Part shown: piece after piece, positions 58,824 through 64,000 of the stretch
Position numbering within the stretch: position 1 is the first letter of the stretch
Layout: each line of letters opens with the position of its first letter
DNA from: Bradymonadia bacterium
GTDB lineage: Bacteria > Myxococcota_A > Bradymonadia > UBA7976 > UBA1532
Length of the DNA stretch: 64,000 bases
Reading direction: 5' to 3'
Assembly (NCBI GenBank): GCA_046290225.1
Contig: JBKAGE010000037.1
Span: forward strand, 320,001-384,000
Position numbers and translations under genes: made by a program
Notes under the pieces: generated by a model
The model's database searches: none
What the model was told of the DNA's origin: nothing
The model's input: the letters and a program-made list of their open reading frames with translations, nothing else

Positions 58824-60190
58824 GCGCCCGTACGCCCATCGCGGCGTTCTGGATGTGCGCGCTGGCGGCCTCGGGGTGTGTGGAGCGCGCGACGACGCTG
58901 GACACCGAGACGCCCCCTGCGGGAGAGCCCCCTGCAGGAGAGCGCCCCACGGCGTGCACCCCAAGGCAGAACTCCGTCTCATTGCCGACCTACATCAACG
59001 GCGTCGACGAAGCGCAGCCCTTCGGCACGCCGGCGTTCATCAACGGGCGCTTCGTCTATCCGGAACTGGGCCAGGGTGAGCGTCACGTGGTGGTCGACGA
59101 CACGGGTGAAACATTGCTGTCCAACCCTGGCGCCGAGCTGAGCGACTTCTTCATCATGCCTGGGCAGAGCGGGACGGCACTGGTCTGGCAATCGATCGAC
59201 GCCGACCCGCCCCACGTGGACATGTACCACCTCGACGCTCAGGGCACCTCGTATCTGACCACCGAGAGACAGCCTGAGGGCCTCAGGGTCGTGACCCCCC
59301 ACTCTGTGGGCCGAGGCTTTGCAGTGTGGCGCCAGCACCCGCCGCCCGGCCAGCTGGGCGCAGGGGGGACTCGGATTTGGTGGTGGGGCCCAGATCTCGG
59401 CGCCATGCCCACTGATCTGCCAGGCACCCGCATGGCTCGCCTCCATGGCACGGATCGCTCTGTCTTTCACTTCACCCCAGACTCAGAAGGGCAGTTTGGG
59501 CAATTGCTGAGATGGCGCCCTGGTGAGGGCACCATCGAGCTGGCCACAGACGTACGATGGCTGCACGCCGATGGCGAGCGCGCGCTCCTGCAAGGCCAGG
59601 ATGAGCACCTGTACGTCATCGACGAGAACAACATCGAGATCTGGCGCTCTACGACCCCCGTCGGGTTCACCACCTGGGCTCAACTCGCTGGCGACTTCGT
59701 GTATTGGCGCAGTGAGACCAACTCATTGCTACAGGCCTTGATCGGCAATGAGCTACTACTGGAAGTGTGCCCAGACACGCTGCGCTCCTGGTTCGTGGCC
59801 GGAGATCGAGTGGTGGCTGCGTGCAAAGCCGATGGCCAGCCGGGGCAAATCGTCACTGTGAGCCCCACCGGCGACACCAGCTGGCCCATCGAAGCCGACG
59901 CGCGGTGGCCTTTGGTCACCACCGACGGTCAACGCGTCGCTTGGGTCGAAACCAACGGCATTTGCGGAGAAGGCAACACCTCCCGGCTCATGGTGGATAT
60001 CGATCCAGAAGATGACCGCCCAGCGTATGTCGCGGCAGAGATCGACAGCTCGGATTGTGAGGCGGAGTACGCCCATGCCATCAGCTTCGCCGATGACTGG
60101 TTGCTCTTCGGTCGCTCTGTGCAGACACAAATCAGGGCCCTGAACGAGCCCGATGCGTCGCTCTGGCACCGCGTGGAACTCTGCCCATAA
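58820..60190 (+). CDS. Hypothetical lipoprotein, paralog 3 (divergent)
   Basis: ATGA overlap, SGCVER, VTTDGQRVAW..C..RLMV..C..ELCP. Confidence 0.7.
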   Translation: MSARTPIAAFWMCALAASGCVERATTLDTETPPAGEPPAGERPTACTPRQNSVSLPTYINGVDEAQPFGTPAFINGRFVYPELGQGERHVVVDDTGETLLSNPGAELSDFFIMPGQSGTALVWQSIDADPPHVDMYHLDAQGTSYLTTERQPEGLRVVTPHSVGRGFAVWRQHPPPGQLGAGGTRIWWWGPDLGAMPTDLPGTRMARLHGTDRSVFHFTPDSEGQFGQLLRWRPGEGTIELATDVRWLHADGERALLQGQDEHLYVIDENNIEIWRSTTPVGFTTWAQLAGDFVYWRSETNSLLQALIGNELLLEVCPDTLRSWFVAGDRVVAACKADGQPGQIVTVSPTGDTSWPIEADARWPLVTTDGQRVAWVETNGICGEGNTSRLMVDIDPEDDRPAYVAAEIDSSDCEAEYAHAISFADDWLLFGRSVQTQIRALNEPDASLWHRVELCP

Positions 60191-60204
60191 TGCGGGCGTG
60201 AAGA

Positions 60205-62463
60205 TCAGCGGAGGGCGAAGCCGTACTTGTCGGCGAGGGCCTCGAGGGCCATGGGCTTGCAAAAGTGATAGCCCTGCAGCCAGCGCACACCCATGTTGGT
60301 ACAGGTGACCGCCTCTTCTGGACGCTCGATGCCTTCCGCCACCGTGTCGATGCCGTGTCGTCCAGCGTATTCCACCAACAAGCGGACCATCTCCGCCTTG
60401 CGGTCGTCTTTGTCGAGGCCCGACACCAGCGAGATGTCGAGCTTGAGCACCTCAGGCTCCACCGCCACCACCGCAGCGAGAGAGTTGTAACCTGCGCCCA
60501 CATCGTCGAGGGCTAGGCGGAAGCCCACCTCGCGGAGACGCTCCACCGCAGCGGCCTGCGCCGGATCAGTCCCCAGGCGGGCGCGCTCGGTCATCTCGAG
60601 GATGACCTGACCCGCCACCGGGTAGAGATCGCCGAGCACAGCATCCACATGGTGCACGCTCGTCACCAGCCCCGGATCGACGTTCACGAAGAGCAGCATG
60701 TGCTCTGGCAGCTGCAAGCGAATACGCTGTGCCAGACGTGTCAGCACCTTCTGAAGGGCGATGTCCCGATCGAAGGTCTTGGCGGCGTCGAGGATGTCGA
60801 GGGGACCACGGAAGTCGGGGTGCAGGCTGCGCATCAGGGCCTCACAGGCCACGATTTGCCGTGTGCGGGCATCGAAGATGGGCTGCAGATGCAAAGTGAG
60901 CTTCTCACCTGCCAGCATGTCTTCGAACCGTGCCCTGAGCGTCTCGTCGTCAGGTGACAGACGACCTGTCGACAGCTGACGGCGCTCTTGCACCACAGCA
61001 TCGATGCACCGCTTGAGGACCGAGTACTCAGACCCCTTCTGGATGTAGCGGTGCACCACGCCCTGGTTGAAGGCATCCACCACCTCGGTGTCGGCGCCAA
61101 AAGCCGTGTAGAGCATACGGCTGGTCCGGGGCGCCAGACTGCGGGTGCGACCCAGAACCTCGAGACCTCGCATGCCCGAGGGCGTGAGGTTGGCGTCGCA
61201 CAGCACCAGATCCGGGGGCGGCTCGGCGAGCGGCAGCGACTTGAGCATCGCCTCACCGGACTCGAAGAGTTTGGTGTCGTGACCCCACATGCGCAGCAAG
61301 CGTGCAGTGGCCTTGAGCACCATGGGCTCGTCGTCCACGAGCCAGACGTTCAAACGGGCGTGATCCACGCGGGGCATCGCCGCGCCGTCGTCGAACTCGC
61401 CGTTGTTGATCAAATTGGGCCAGACCGTACGCACGAGCAGGCCGCCCTCGTCCCGGGGCGCCAGCTCGAGCTGGCCACCATGGGCCTTCAGCACCTCGTC
61501 GACGTAGGCCAGACCCACCTGCTCCTCTGCGAGCTGATAGTTGCCTGCAGCGAGCTCCTCGGAAAGGCCCGGGCCGCGATCACCGACCTCCACAACGAGG
61601 CGACGGCCGTCGATGCGGACCTTCAGCTCTGCGGTGCCTTCACCATATACCTGGGCGTTCAGCAGAAGGTGCTCCAGCACACGGCGGAACATCACCGGAT
61701 CAGCTTCGAGCTCGGGATCAGCATTTCGGGGCAGCCAGGTCACCATCCCTGCGGCAAACCCGACAGCCGCCGATGCTTCTCGGATCAGCTCGCGCACCTT
61801 TACAGACTGCGTCTCGGGTGCCTGTACGTTCACCAGCTCGCCGTGCGTGCGCCGCACCTGCTCGATGCGTTTGAGCGCCATCCTCGAGGAGGCCATGAGG
61901 GCGTCGAGGTCCCGACGTCCTGCCGGCGAGAGCAGCTCCACATTCGACATCTGCTCGATGCGTTGCTGCATGGCCATCAGGCCAGCGCGCACATCGTGAA
62001 TCATCACCTGGGCGAGGATCTGCGCCCCATCCTCGTCGCTGTCGGACTTCAACGGCGCCTCCTCACCCTCGAGCGACTGCATGGTGCCCAACGCAGCCCG
62101 AAGCGCCTCCTGTGTCAGAGGGTTCGGCAAGTGAGCGTCCGCGATTTCTTCGGAGATCTCGCGCTGAGCGGAGTCCATCTGCGGTGGGTGAGCTCCATCC
62201 AGAGTCACCACCTTCGAGCCTTCAGGGGCCAACATCGACTTCATGCGTTTGATGATCTCCACTCCAGGCGCCGTGGCGAGATCAATGAGCACAGCGACAA
62301 AACTCGCGCCCGACTCCATCGCCTCGAGGATCGGCCCAGGCTCTGGAAAGAGCTGAACCTCGAACCCGTCATCGGCGAGCCAGCGTCGAACATCGGACAA
62401 GCCCTCGCGGCCGTGGAGCACGGCGAGGGTCTTGTTCTGAGAAGTCAGTGCATGTGCGTTCAT
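60205..62463 (-). CDS. Signalling protein: REC-like + HisKA/HATPase + REC + EAL
   Basis: IHDVR, LLLNA, DRGPGL, LVDDEP, LQPI..CEALMR, ALDDVGAGY, VAEGIE, QGY. Confidence 0.85.
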   Translation of the reverse strand: MNAHALTSQNKTLAVLHGREGLSDVRRWLADDGFEVQLFPEPGPILEAMESGASFVAVLIDLATAPGVEIIKRMKSMLAPEGSKVVTLDGAHPPQMDSAQREISEEIADAHLPNPLTQEALRAALGTMQSLEGEEAPLKSDSDEDGAQILAQVMIHDVRAGLMAMQQRIEQMSNVELLSPAGRRDLDALMASSRMALKRIEQVRRTHGELVNVQAPETQSVKVRELIREASAAVGFAAGMVTWLPRNADPELEADPVMFRRVLEHLLLNAQVYGEGTAELKVRIDGRRLVVEVGDRGPGLSEELAAGNYQLAEEQVGLAYVDEVLKAHGGQLELAPRDEGGLLVRTVWPNLINNGEFDDGAAMPRVDHARLNVWLVDDEPMVLKATARLLRMWGHDTKLFESGEAMLKSLPLAEPPPDLVLCDANLTPSGMRGLEVLGRTRSLAPRTSRMLYTAFGADTEVVDAFNQGVVHRYIQKGSEYSVLKRCIDAVVQERRQLSTGRLSPDDETLRARFEDMLAGEKLTLHLQPIFDARTRQIVACEALMRSLHPDFRGPLDILDAAKTFDRDIALQKVLTRLAQRIRLQLPEHMLLFVNVDPGLVTSVHHVDAVLGDLYPVAGQVILEMTERARLGTDPAQAAAVERLREVGFRLALDDVGAGYNSLAAVVAVEPEVLKLDISLVSGLDKDDRKAEMVRLLVEYAGRHGIDTVAEGIERPEEAVTCTNMGVRWLQGYHFCKPMALEALADKYGFALR

Positions 62464-62584
62464 GATCACCAGGGCCTGAGCTACACCACGTACAGGCATC
62501 AGGGGCAGATAACGTCATGCACATCGGTCAACTTGAGGAGGGATCGCCCAGAGAGCCCAAGGTGGGTCATCGGCTCGGAGCAGG

Positions 62585-63988
<1,404 letters not shown>

Positions 63989-64000
63989 CAGGACCTCACA

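Overview
GC-rich bacterial chromosomal DNA. The gene content suggests Myxococcota or a related deltaproteobacterium (inference): Cys-rich MopE/TSP3 surface protein, Gly-rich lipoproteins, several Ser/Thr kinases and a bacterial alpha-2-macroglobulin. About 50 CDSs are supported, including thiM-thiE-thiD under a TPP riboswitch, hybrid histidine kinases, recX, an ECF sigma/anti-sigma pair and a KamA-family radical SAM enzyme. I found no rRNA, tRNA, CRISPR-Cas, transposase or reverse transcriptase. The most unusual items are: (1) a ~411-bp intergenic dyad at 53714-54124, with two mirror-image arrays of a 12-bp repeat separated by variable triloop hairpins around a structured core; (2) a tightly coupled 5-gene radical SAM/SPASM operon with a small GYNPNSSS-motif protein as candidate substrate; (3) a two-heme Cyc2-like cytochrome-porin paired with a cytochrome lipoprotein; (4) a peptidoglycan-binding/CHAP gene split by one in-frame TAG; (5) a kinase/pseudokinase pair sharing an unusual insert. 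All family calls come from visual motif recognition, not database searches.
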